A DNA stretch of 57,031 bases, counting the filler, from Bipalium vagum (Eukaryota), in NCBI GenBank assembly GCA_037834085.1. It is 3 parts of 3 records of this genome, joined end to end, with 100 filler letters (N's around TTAATTAATTAA, not from the genome) between each part and the next. Parts side by side here need not be neighbours in the genome. Positions count along the whole stretch, not along the records: positions 32,862 to 57,031 come from JBBMKC010202494.1; 2 more parts are not named here. The stretch is one strand, 5' to 3'. Below are positions 36,101 through 50,041 of this stretch, piece after piece; position 1 is the first letter of the stretch, and every line of letters starts with the position of its first letter. The notes under the pieces are model-generated. The model was not told where the DNA came from, did not search any database, and saw nothing but the letters and a program-made list of their open reading frames with translations. Made by a program: the position numbers and the translations under genes.

Positions 36101-39100
36101 TTGCGTTATAATCCATCACAACCACCGCTTATTATTACATTTTATACATTATCTATCAATTAAAGCAACCGATGTTCGTAGCCCTGTTTAGAGTTTTTTA
36201 TATAAATTTTATATATTGAATTATTACTTTATTTTCAATTAAAGAATCAAATTGTAAAAAGATTATTCAACAAAACTGAATTACAAAATGACAAAATAAC
36301 TTGACAAGCCCTGGAGGTATATTCAGATTTGGATTGAACCATATTCGTAGAATGGTTTCATAATTTTATTGTAAATGTTTGTAGTAAAATGTTATTATTA
36401 TTATTATTATTATTCTATATTGTTATAAAATCAATTTTATAATTTCATTTGAAAACTAATTATAAAGAATTAAATATAAATTTTATGTGAGTACAAAAAT
36501 TTCTTTATTTCCCGATTATTAAAGAGTTCGGTTTTGAAACGATTAAAAGTTACCAAAATTCGGCAATTTTGTATAAATGTGGATAATTTTTATTTAATGT
36601 TTCTCAAAATAATAAATGGATTCTTTGATATTTCTATTCAGTACTTTTCATTATTGTTAGGTCAAAGAAGAACATTTGCGATCCCTCATGTTTGGCGATT
36701 ACATGAATCCTGACGCCTTAACAGAAGAAAGAGTTTACGAAGAAGTGAAAAACATAAATGATTTTTATCCCATAGTAGAGCAGTGCTTGGATGATTATAA
36801 CAATACTCATAAAAACAAAATGAGCCTTGTTATTTTCAGGTACTTTTTACTATTGATTTTGAAAAAAGAAATTTCAACATTCATAGATGGATTTCATAAA
36901 AATTATCCAAAAAATTCTACTTATGACAAAATTGTTTCTTATTCGAAATTAATTTTTTCCAGATATGTTCTTGAGCATTTGTCAAGAATTTGCAGAATAT
37001 TGTTATCCCCAGGAGGAAATGCTTTATTGGTGGGTGTTGGGGGATCAGGAAGACAATCTCTGACCAGACTCGCCGCCGCTATGGCCAATCAAGGGGTTTT
37101 CCAACCAGAAATTTCCAAAAATTACGGAAAGCAAGAGTGGAGAGAGGATTTAAAAGTTTTCATTTCATTTCACTTCTGATTTTGAATTTTATTGATTATA
37201 TTGAAATACCTGATTTTTAATTCATTGATTGATCTTTTCCATATCGATCTTTCTACATTAGATTTCTTTCCTCTTAAAATTAATTCAAGTTAATTTAAAT
37301 ATTAATGAGTTTTACGGTATGAATATCTAAACTTACTCAAAATCAATATTATTGTTAATCTAATGTATCAACAGCGTTTTATAAATAGTTTAACCCAAAC
37401 ATAAAGTATGTTTCACTATTTATCAATAAAACATTTAAATTAAAAAAAACATCAAAAGCTTCATTTTAATACAAGCAGCCACTCATCACAATTACATACG
37501 AAAGATAATTTCGTTCAAATAACTGCCGAAACCTTTTCACAATATAAATTATTCTTTTCTCAAAATTGTGTCCTCAAAAACAAATCGGCTGATTTAAATT
37601 TCTGAAATTTTTTTTCATCACACCAAACAAAATTTTCGTATTTGGTCTTCTGACAATCCTAGATAAATTAAATAACAAATCATGCATTCACAGCGTGTTG
37701 TTATTTGGTGTTGTCTTTCATCTGAATCTTTGATTGGACCGTATTTTTGTCGATGACGGGAAGGTAATTCATGTTGCAAACAGATTTTTTATGGTCTCAT
37801 TTGAAGAACATAAATTTAGATAACCCTTTTTATTAACTCTTTTTTCCTCACTGAAAATTTTATATTATTTCACTCAGATCTTACAGTCAGGGAAAACGTT
37901 AAATTACATAAATTCTAAAATTATTTTTTAAAAAATAATAATACAATCAATTAACAGTGAACGTAAATATTTATTTAAAAATTACTTTAATTATATTTTA
38001 TATCATATATTACAGTACGTTACTTTTTCTCCTGACCAGTTTGATGATTATTTTAGTTAGAAAAATATTGAAAGAGAGAGGTATGATGGTTTGAAAATGA
38101 ATCGAAAAATTATGATAGTGAATTTTAATAATTGCATTAAAGGAAAATATCGTATATAGATGCAAAATGTATCAAAAATTCATCGTGAATCCTTTCTATT
38201 CAGTTTCACTTCTCCAGAAACTCTTTTACCATTCATTTTTTCCAATAATGAAAAATGAATTAACATAGATTTTGTGGTATAGATTTTCAAATATATTTCC
38301 CACAGCATTCTTTATCATTAATGTTACATGTCATATTTGCTAAAAGATATTTTTGTCCATTTCCCCTATATTTCATTCATAGTGAATGTTAAAAATATAT
38401 TTCGATTTTTCTATTTTTATACCAACGTTAGAAGAAAACGCTGTCTCTCAAAGAAAAACCCGACATCGCTCTCTTTATTATCTTTCTAGACCTCCTATTT
38501 TTCATTCCAATTTTCCATTACAAACCTCGCTTATCTTCGAAAATTTCGTGTGAAATGCAATCAAAAGTTTTCTCATTATGTACACCATATAAAGTTTTTA
38601 CAGCACCAAATAACGTTCTTTTCTCCAGAAAGCTTTTATATATTTGATTTATGGATTTGAATTGAAACTGAATACTACTTAGACACTCCTTAAAAAAGCC
38701 GGCGGAGAAGGAAAGGCAACAGTATTTTTGATGACAGATAGTCAGATAAAAGATGAGTCGTTTTTGGAAGACATTGACAACCTTCTCAACACGGGAGAAG
38801 TACCAAATCTTTTCACAGCAGAAGAAAAGGGAGAAGTTATCGAACTTGTAAGACAAGCAGCTCAGGCTGGCAATAAAGATGCCGACTTTAGTCCATTGGC
38901 ACTGTTTGCTTTCTTTGTCAATCGATGCCGAGAAAAGTTGCACGTTGTAATGGCATTTAGTCCAATTGGTTCAGCTTTCAGAACGCGTCTCCGACAGTTT
39001 CCGGCTCTTATCAATTGCTGTACAATTGATTGGTTTCAGGTACGGATATTATTTGATATTTATACAATGGACCTGTAAAAGTGTTCAGGTATTAATGCAT

Positions 39101-42100
39101 CAATTGAGAATGTAAAAATGAAAAAGTATTACCTGCAAAAACGTGTTCTCACTATGAACTTTGAACTTAATAATTACTTTAAAATAGGCTGGTCGGTCTT
39201 TCAAATTTACATCTTGCTTAATTAGAACTAAGGATCTTATTATTTTAAATGTTTAATATTTATAAAAGAATATATCTTACAACCACCAAAAATAATTTGT
39301 GAGGTAAATACTCAATTTTAACTGATACTTGTTTGAATAATACTGATAAAATGGCAGTAACGGATAAAATATTATTTTCACTAGATTGGTCTGTGTGATC
39401 TTGAATGAGGAATCATATCAACTTATATTATCTGTTAATTCTTTAAACCGATTTCAGCTTGATTAAAAAATTGAAAATTCCAAATGTTTAAAGTTTAATA
39501 ATAGTAGTAATAGTAATAATAATAATAATAAATAATAATAATAACAATAAATATAAATGACAATAGACCATAAAAAATTACTATATTTAAAATGTTACCT
39601 CTGCAACTTAAGACTTTGTAGGTGATTTTTTTGCCATATATACTTTAAGCAATATTAGTTCTGCTTTCTAATTATTAAAATTTCCTTTATTTTTATTTTA
39701 TTACTATTTTGACAACTCAGTAATTTTCCTAAAAAATTTTCAATTCTCACAGGCCTGGCCTGAAGATGCTTTGGAGCGTGTGGCACTTAAGGCATTAGAA
39801 GCGGTGGACATGGAAGATAAAATGAGAGATGATACAGTTAAAATTGTCAAATATTTCCACACAAGTGTCATCAACTTATCTGATGATTTTCACAAATCCC
39901 TCGGTCGGAAAAACTACGTCACCCCTACTTCATATTTAGAATTGATAAACAGTTTCAGAAATTTGTTGAACTCCAAGCAAGATAATACAATGAAAGCTAA
40001 GAACAGGTATTTTCTATCTTTATATGCGAAATATTTTTTTATATATCTGTTTTTTATCAGAATTCGGATTGAAGAAAGAAATTGGAAATTTCATTTGAAT
40101 TTTTTAAAAAAATAATATTAGTAAATTAATATAGATAAATAATATTTAAATTACTATATAATAATATCACAACGACAACAATAATAAATAATAATAATAT
40201 TATAATAATAAAATATTAATAATAACCTTTGGAGATAGATAATAATTTAGGGCCTTTTCCTCATTTATTGTTAAAAAATAACTTTCTATCAAGTGGATCT
40301 TTTAGAAAATATACATTGAGAAAGTAACAGATTTATAATCATGAATTATTTTAGCATCATGAAAAAAGAACAATAAACTTAAAATTGATTGTGACATGAG
40401 AGGGTTTTGCAAGGAAGTACGTCTATGAATTCAAGAAGATTACATTATAATATTTGCTCATAGCTTAAACGAATTTAAAACTTTTTATAATGATAATTCT
40501 GGGTCTGTAACAGTCAAAAATCTTGAATAGATTTTATTTTATTTTTATTAAAGAAGAAAAGATCATTTCTTTTTCCCTCATCGAAAAATTTAGAAATTGT
40601 ATTCATTATTCTTTAGATATGTAAACGGATTAGAAAAATTAGCATTTGCTGCCGAGCAAGTTTCTGACATGCAGAAAAAATTGGAGGAATTGCAGCCTCA
40701 GCTCGTTTTGGCAAAAAAGGCTAACGAAGTTCTAATGGTAGACATTTCCAAAGAATCAATACTGGTCGAAGAACAAAGAAAGAAGGTGAAAGCCGAAGAA
40801 GAGATCGTTAATGAAAAAGCAGATGCTTCTAAGGCTTTAAGTGATGAATGTAGAGCTGATTTAGCTGAAGCTATTCCGGCTCTTGAGGCGGCTTTATCAG
40901 CTTTAGATACTTTAAGACCATCTGATATTACAATCGTCAAAGCAATGCAAAACCCACCGGCTGGAGTAAAACTAGTCATGGAAGCTGTTTGCATTATGAG
41001 AGATATAAAACCTGATCGTGTAAATGATCCAAACAATCCAGGCAAAAAAATGCTTGATTTTTGGGGACCATCGAAAAAACTTTTGGGAGACATGGCGTTT
41101 TTGACTTATTTGAGAGAATATGATAAGGATAATATTGCTCCAGCAATAATGTCAAAAATCAGAAAAGATTTCATTACCAATACTGAATTTGATCCGGCAA
41201 AAATATCCAGAGCTTCATCGGCCGCTGAAGGCCTTTGCAAGTGGATTCTGGCTATGGAATCCTATGATCGCGTTGCAAAAGTGGTTGCCCCCAAAAAAAT
41301 CAAGTTAGCTCAAGCCGAAGCCGATCTCAAGGAAAACATGGATAAATTGAACGAAACACAAAGACAGCTGCAGTTGGTGGAGGATAAGCTAACAAATCTG
41401 CAGCAAAAGCTAGAAGACACAGTAACAGAAAAAAAGCGATTGCAAGATGAAGTTGAATTGTGTGCAAAAAAGCTGGACAGAGCAAAGACGCTAATCGGAA
41501 GTTTAGGAGGAGAAAAAGACCGTTGGGCTCAAGCTGCAATCGATCTACAAGCTATATATGATAATTTGATCGGAGACGTTTTGCTATCGGCTGGAGTGAT
41601 CGCTTATTTGGGACCATTTACCTCTATATATCGAGATAAATGCGTTTCTGATTGGGCAGCATTGTGTAAAAATTATAAAATACCTTGTTCCGCAAAGTTT
41701 TCTTTAACGGCCTGTCTCGGTGAGCCTGTGAAAATTCAAGCTTGGAATATTTTTGGACTTCCTAGGGATGCATTTTCCATTGACAACAGTGTCATTGTTG
41801 CTAATGCTCGCAGATGGTGAGTTTTATCTTACAGGTCAAGAAACCATTTCTCATTCAATAATGTTCTTTTTCTGTATAGGCCTCTCATGATCGATCCTCA
41901 AAATCAGGCCAATAAATGGATTAAAAATATGGAAAAGGATGCAGGATTGAACGTCATTAAATTAACTGATTCAGATTTTATGAGGACATTAGAAAATGCT
42001 ATTCAATTTGGTTATCCAGTTCTACTCGAAAATGTCGGAGAGGACTTAGATCCATCCTTAGAACCGTTGTTACTGAAACAGGTTTTTAAGCAAAGTAAAT

Positions 42101-45100
42101 TATTCATGTTTAGTTCATCGCAATAATTGATTTGACTATGTCTCTCTGGCACTGTAAACCAACAGAGAAAAATTGACTGTCGAATTTTTATTTTCCTTTT
42201 TATATGTCAGTTTGAGGATTTAAAATCATAGATCTGTTTCATTTTTACTGCTTTAAGAATGGTCTTTGAGCATGGGGAAAAATTTTAGAATATTTCTAAA
42301 TTTTCATTCATTTATATATGTAATCTTAAATGAAACCTTTAAAAAATTGAACCTATGAATGTTCTTATTATTTTCCTGGAATTTTAAACAACTTGATAAA
42401 TTCCAGAATATTCAAAATAGATTTTATTTATTTATAAATAAAAGGAAAATTAATAAAACTAGTACTGTTGTATATGGTATCAAATAACTTAGTAATAATT
42501 TCGACGATAAATAACTTAGGAACTATGAAAATGATTGATCACATCTTTAAAATTAATCTAATCAATTTAGTTAAAAATTTGATAAACCAAAAAAATTAAC
42601 TTTTGTTTGGTCACTTTTTTATACGGGATACGTACAATACTACAATACCATACAATTTACTTGGGTCTCGGTTTGTTCCATTAACATAATTTGATCCAAA
42701 TTGGATATAATTTATTGTATATTTTCTAAGCTAATCCTTAAAGTTAATAGTTAACTAAACATCAATCAGTTCATATGATAAGAAAACTTGGCTGAAGTAA
42801 ATTTCGACCAATTACCATAGTTGAATTTACTTACTATTATTAGTTTAAAAATTATCCTTTTTGGTTTTTGATTTCTATGAAATTCAACTTCTCATAAAAA
42901 TTACTGTTTTTTATTTAGTTAATATCAGTTTTTTTTTTGTTTTGATTTTTAAATTTGCTTTCTTTCAGGTGGTGTGGATATGATCCGACTAGGAGAATCT
43001 GTTATTGAATATTCTAAAGATTTTCGACTTTATATCACAACAAAATTGAGAAACCCACACTATCTCCCGGAAATAGCCGTCAAAGTTTCTTTACTTAACT
43101 TTATGATTACCATTGAGGGTCTGGAAGATCAGTTATTGGGCATTGTGGTAGCTAAAGAAAAGTGATTAATTACTCGTTCAAGATATCCGTATACTTTTAC
43201 CATTTTCTTTCTTTAAATTCAAGACCCGAACTGGAAGATGCCAGACAAGAATTGATTATTACAAGTGCCAACAATCGTCGAATGTTAAAGGAAACTGAAG
43301 ATAGGATTCTGGCAACTTTGTCAGAAGCAGAAGGAAACATTCTCGAAAATGAAACCGCCATTCAAATTCTAGACAGTTCCAAAGCAATTTCCAATGATAT
43401 TCTTAAAAAGCAAGAGGTTGGAAAAGAATCATGAAAGGAAATTAGTATTGAAAAATTATCTTTTTCTTATAGACGGCTGAGGAGACTCAAAAGAAAATTG
43501 ATGCTGCTCGAATGGATTACGCTCCAATTGCTCGACATTCAGCGATTCTCTTCTTTTCCATCACCGACTTACCGAATATTGATCCTATGTATCAATATTC
43601 TTTGTCGTGGTTTGTAAATCTTTACATTAATTCCATTCATGACAGGTACAATTTTCTAATCATTACTGATTTTGATTTCATAAATCTTTGATAAACAACT
43701 TTGAATCGAAAATTTTCACTGACCTAATTTATTCTTAAAATCATTTTACCCCAAAATATCAATATAAAGCAATATTTCATTTTAAGATAAATAAGAGAAG
43801 ACTGAATAATTTACAAAAAACAATTTTTCAGTTATACATAATAATGAAACTGACATTCTCCTGCTAGAAATCTCTTAAAGGTGTAACATGGGACTTAATG
43901 GCTTAATTTAATTTAGTGTTATTGTATTCTGTTTACATGGTGATGTATAATTCTGGGTGTTTTAAGAAGGATATTCTTCAGAAAAAAACTCATTTTACTT
44001 TTGTTAATGTTTTTCATTTGAACCGTGAGATTTTGGGATTGATTTATTTAACAATTTTTCTAGACCACCTTATCTTCCATTCGATTTCTGTCAATTTTCA
44101 CATTTATTTAAATTTCAATATAAAAAATATTCATACTATTAAAATCCTTTAATATTTTAAAACAAGAAATCTAAAACCAGTAAATCTATAAGGAAATAGA
44201 TTTAGCCTTTTGAAGTCTGTTTGGAAAATGAACTTTTTTGTTATAAATTTTGTTTAAAATAATATAGGTTTTAATTTTTTTAATAAGAATAAAATATATT
44301 TTATGATTCAGCAAAGATGAAGTGTTAATTGCATTATTATGATTTAAATAGGTTTAATAAAATATTCACTTTTGAATTTAAATCTGTTAAATTTCAAATA
44401 AATCTATAATTCGATATCTACCTAAGTACATGTTAACTTCTTTACACTTGGAGTGCAAAATTTAAAATTTCGCGCAGTTATTGGGTAATTATTTAAAAAT
44501 GATTATCAGAAAAGAAGTTCATATAGAATTTTTTATAATTATAATTATTTATAATAATAATTATAATAATTATAATAATTATAATTATAAATGTGTTGGC
44601 TGAATGGGTTTCTTCACATATCAGAGTGAAAATTTGGATCACTGAATTCAAAAACGGTCGTAAATCAACTGAAAATGATTTATGCAGTAATAGTCCCAAA
44701 ATTGTGTCAACAACAATTATTGACTACATCCATATTGTTAGTGGAACACAAGAACTAACGAAATATATCACATAAAGAAAATCTCTAATGAATACATACC
44801 TCTTATTTTGAAACATGAATTATATATAAAAGGATTTTTGGAAAACTAGTTATTGCATTCATTTTAAGACATATGAAAAGATTTTCATAAATAGTGTTAG
44901 AAAAATTTAAAGAAAAATCAAATTGATTTTTTGTCCATTTTCTTACCTACCAACAAGACATGTTTCTAAATTATAACAGGCACTGTTGTAGCGCATAGAA
45001 ATTGAATGTTCAGCTCCGAAGCATCTAAAGAGAGAACGATCAGTGAGAAAGGTTATGGCAACCGTTTTATGGGAAAGGTAAAACAATCAAATTTGATTAT

Positions 45101-48100
45101 TACTTTAAAATATTGGATCAGTTCATAAAAAGATTCGTATAAGAAGATCTAGAGGAATAAATGTCATCAAGAAAATACGCCAGGTCACCAAGTGCATTAG
45201 CAATGGTAAAGCTGAACACACGAAATTACGAAGAAAATAAACATCCCTCATATTCTCTAAACTTTGATCCCAGCAAATTTTATCTTTTCCGAAACCTTAA
45301 GCTTTTTCATCAAATGAAGCTATAGTAGTTTTAGAGTATTCTTATGGATATCTTCCAGAAATGTTTTTTAGACGTGGATTTGAATTAATGGAGAAGCATT
45401 GGACTAAGTCTGAAGAATTTTCAGGAAATTATTTTTATGAATAAATGTACTTTCGAGATATCCTTTCATTTCTTGGCCAAAGACTTTTCGCGTAATTTAT
45501 ATGTTAAAATTTAACACTGAATTTAAGAAGTGAGACAATGAAAAGTCAGTCAAAATAATAATTCCGTTTGTTTTTCATTTATAATTCTAAAGGAATACAG
45601 GGAAATATTAAAAACTGAAATTTTCAACTTGGGAAAATAATTTTAAAATGTGTCTGTGAGAAAGATTTTATTTTCGATTCAAAGTGATTTCCAGAGAAAT
45701 GTTCCCCCAATCACCATTATTCCTATTTAGCAATAAATCTAAAATCCTCGAGAGGAGATCTAGATATTTAAAAGACCATTTCCAATATAACATTTATGAG
45801 AATGTCTGCAGATCACTTTTTGCCAAAGATAAATTATTGTTTTCCTTCAAGTTATGTGTCGACCTTATGATGTGAGTAGAAGCAAAATGGTCATAGAGAC
45901 CAATTGATCGCTATCACTGTTATTATAGTCCGGCTTCATTGATTGTGTAATTATACGATATGCATATATTCAATTTTTCAAAACTTAGTTTTATATATTG
46001 ATTTATTTTCACATTTATTATTGATTTTCGATAATTGAATAATATCCATTTATCATTAGTCTCAACATTTGATGGTCAATTTTTTTTCATTTGCAGCAAC
46101 AAATCGAAAATATTGGAAAAAAGATTGCGATATCTGAGTGACCATTTTACCTTTAGTCTTTACTCTAATGTTTGTCGATCCTTATTTGAAAAGGACAAGC
46201 TTTTGTTCTCGTTTATTTTGTGCAGTAAAATCTTAATGTTAGTTTTTTTAACAGTACTCATGCGGTGTCTAACGTTTTACTCAAGTTTCGTTTGCCTTTC
46301 GTTTCCCTTGTTCATGCTTTTATTTGCTTAGCGTTTTTTATTAGTCTTAATAATTTTAATGTAACAATATTTACCATTTCAGGTTCCAGGTATTTTTTTA
46401 ACTTTATTAACCTAAGAATGAGAGATGAATAAATAATGGATTGAAAAATATTTATCTTGAAATATCAAATACATTATTTTGAAACTTGTACCGTCGTTTA
46501 TGTTTCCAAAAATAGTTTATGAGCATTCTTTATCCCAGCATTCAATTTGCACACTTAACAAAAAAAGAATTATGGCGATGCCATTCTCAGTATGTGCGGT
46601 TTAATTTATTTTGAAGTGGTCAAAAGGTAACCCATCATGTATCCTAAGTATCGAACAAGTGTGAAAAACCTAATACAATACATCAAAGAGTTATTTTAGT
46701 TATTTTTATAACTAATTGTCAGTACTAAAAGTAAACTAAGTCTCTTTATGTCTATTAATTTTAAAAATTTTATAAATCAGAATTTTTAATGAAAATCTGG
46801 AACATATTTGTTTAGAGACTTGAATATTTTTTTATTCTCCTTTGATAGTTTGATGAAGATAATTTATATTTCAAAAAATATATATAAATACATGAATATT
46901 ATCATTAAGCATAAAATTTATCTCTCATTCTTACAGTCCTTTTATTGATTTACTTAAACAAAATCATTGACCGGTGCAATTTTTGAAAAAATGATTCTCT
47001 CTTTCATTTTATATGTTGATAATTTCTGCTTATTTTTCAAAATATCGATTAATATTACTAACTTGTTTTTTAATTGAATTGAGCTATGAGAATTAATAAA
47101 AATCCAAATTTGATTTCATTTTAAGAAAGTCTAGAAATTTAGTATATTATATTTTATATTTGTTATAAATCGTAATATTCCAGAGATTTGTAATTTTTTC
47201 TCTTAAAATTTCCTTTAAAATAAATTTTCAACAGATTGACTGCCGGGCGAATTTAATTTTCCATTGAAACTAACCACGTGTGCATTCGCTAGACGACAGC
47301 ATATAACTATTGTTGTCTGAGGTCAAAATATTTTTCTCAATTTAGAATATAACGCTATACAGATAGGAACGTGGGTGTTCATCCCTATGGCAAAACGTTG
47401 ATTAACACGGCTCGCTTAGATTTACTTTAGATCATTGAACATATTAGTTAGGAGATCTGAGTATTGAAATGTTTAAAGTCAAATTAAAAAGTATAAATAA
47501 TTAATATTTATTTAATAAATTTAACCTTAAAATAATAATATAAAATATTATTTTAAAATTAAATTAATTTATAAATAAGTAAATAACACACGAAAGTGGT
47601 CGATTGTAAAATAATAATAAAATATTAATTTAAAAAACTTTCTTTAGTTTGCCGGTCGATGGTTCCTTGGTTTATTTATTAATTCATCAAAAATATTCCA
47701 AGTCTATAATAATTTGAAAATAGAAATCTTATACAGGTCTAAAGGCGAGCTGGATAATACTGAATATCTATTTCTTCTCACTGGAGGGATTGGTCTGGAG
47801 AACAAATTACCTAATCCAGCTCCGAGTTGGTTGTCAGACAAGTCGTGGGACGAAATTTGTCGACTGAGTGATTTGAAAGAATTCAAAGGTCTTAAAGAAA
47901 GTTTCAGCGATCATATCAACGACTGGAGGAACTATTACGACAGTAAAGAACCACACGATGTTAAGATGCCCGACCCATGGGGTATAAAATTGGACTCTTT
48001 CAAAAGTTTGATTGTTCTGCGTTGCATAAGACCGGACAAGGTAACGATTTCAAGGAATTTAAAATAAAGTAATTTTTACACCAGATTGTGCCGGCCATCA

Positions 48101-50009
48101 CAAATTACGTGAAAGAAAAATTGGGGAAAAAATTTATTGAACCACCTCCATTTGATTTGGCTAGAAGCTATCAAGATTCGCATTGCTGCGCACCTTTAAT
48201 TTTTGTGCTTTCTCCTGGTGCAGATCCAACAATGGCATTGTTGAAATTTGCCGAAGACAAAGGATTTGGTGGTGCAAAGTTTAATTCCATCTCGCTGGGT
48301 CAAGGTCAGGGTCCTATTGCTACCCAAATGATTATAGAAGCCAAAAAGGAAGGCTCTTGGGTAATGCTTCAGAACTGTCATTTGGCTGTCAGCTGGATGA
48401 CTGCTATGGAAAAGCTATGCGAGGAACTGACTCCAGAAAATACAAATTCAGACTTCAGACTCTGGCTGACAAGTTATCCATCTCCAAAGGTTATTATTTT
48501 TATTATTATTATTATTTTATTTTTATTATTATTATTATTACTATTTGTATTATTATTATGAATTTTAGTTAATTTTAATTTTAATTTTGAATGTCACAGT
48601 TTCCTGTGACAGTTTTGCAAAATGGAGTAAAGATGACCAATGAGCCTCCGACCGGACTTCGTCAGAACCTGTTGCAGTCGTTTACGAACGATTTGATATC
48701 GTCACCAGAATTTTTCAATGGTTGTGTTGGAAAGGAATCGGTAGATAAATATCAGTAAAAATGGGTTTTGTTTAATATTTCCTTTTCTTTTTCGTCAAGA
48801 CCTTTGAAAAACTGCTTTACGGTCTCTGTTTCTTTCACGCCTTAGTGCAAGAAAGAAGAAAATTCGGCCCAATGGGTTGGAATATACCGTATGGTTTTAA
48901 CGATTCCGATCTCCGAATATCGGCCCGACAACTTCAAATGTTCGTCAATGAGTACGACCAAGTGCCTTTTGATGCCATCACATATTTGACTGGAGAATGC
49001 AATTATGGAGGTCGGGTAACCGACGACTGGGACCGTAGGTGTCTTATGACCATCTTGGATGACTTTTACAATGAACGTGTGATTATGGATGCCAAATATA
49101 AATTTTCCCCAAGTGGTCTTTATGTTGTGCCCCCAAAGATGGAATATAACGAATATATTGAATTTATTAAGGTAATATTGAATTTTTATTTTTTTAAAAA
49201 ACCTAAAAAGAGGATTTACAGATATTATCTGTAATAATCAATTGCTATTACAAAATTTATCTTGAAGAGTTATTTTAGTCTATTTTGATTTATTCTTGAC
49301 TTCTTTTATATTTGTATCAAAACTTTTTAAAAAAACTCAATCAAACCTTAATCAAAACAACCTGAAACTTCATCTCAAACTTCATCAAAATGAAATTACT
49401 AATTTATAATTTTCTCATTCATCCAATATCAAATGTTAAATTTGTGCTCTTTCCACTTTGATTCTATCTTCTAAACGGCTTAATTAGTTTTCAGTTCCAT
49501 CCATTCTTCGGCTTTTCAATATAACATTTGACATCGTATCATAAATGTCAAATATTTATCCATTGTGGACGTTGTGAACTGGAATACGAATTGATTATTT
49601 AACCTTTTTCTCAAAACAATTTTGTAGCTTATAATTATACATGTAAAGTAAAGATCAGTTTTAATTCCGATGTTTTGTGTTTTGTTCCAGGCTCTTCCAA
49701 CTGTCAAAAATCCTGAAGTATTCGGAATGCATGAGAATGTCGATATAACTCGGGAATTGCAAGACTCCAAATTGTTATTGGATTCTGTTCTGATCACTCA
49801 AGGACAGCTGTCTGGGGGAAGCGGAGCCAGTTCAGAAACTCAGTTATCTGACATTGCCAATGATATTTTGGGAAAATTGCCGCTCAGTTTTGATTTGGAA
49901 GTCGCAGAGAAAAATTACCCTGTGATCTATAATGAGAGCATGAACACGGTTTTGGTTCAAGAAATGGAAAGATTTAATAAGTTAGTGTCTTTTTATATTA
50001 TTAATAATA

Positions 50010-50041
<32 letters not shown>

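Noticed and set aside
33787-43434. Stops and frame changes between dynein ORFs suggesting a pseudogene or alternative genetic code
   Set aside because: Every break is resolved by a GT-AG intron with consistent phase; the spliced CDS is continuous under the standard code.
46383-46389. AG|GTTCCAG|GT 7-nt microexon-like motif after exon B
   Set aside because: Not frame-preserving and too short to distinguish from chance.
34902-48381. Antisense ORFs overlapping dynein exons (34902-35189, 38518-38943, 40698-41093, 41327-41539, 47704-47886, 48196-48381)
   Set aside because: Shadow frames of a conserved coding strand with no independent motifs.
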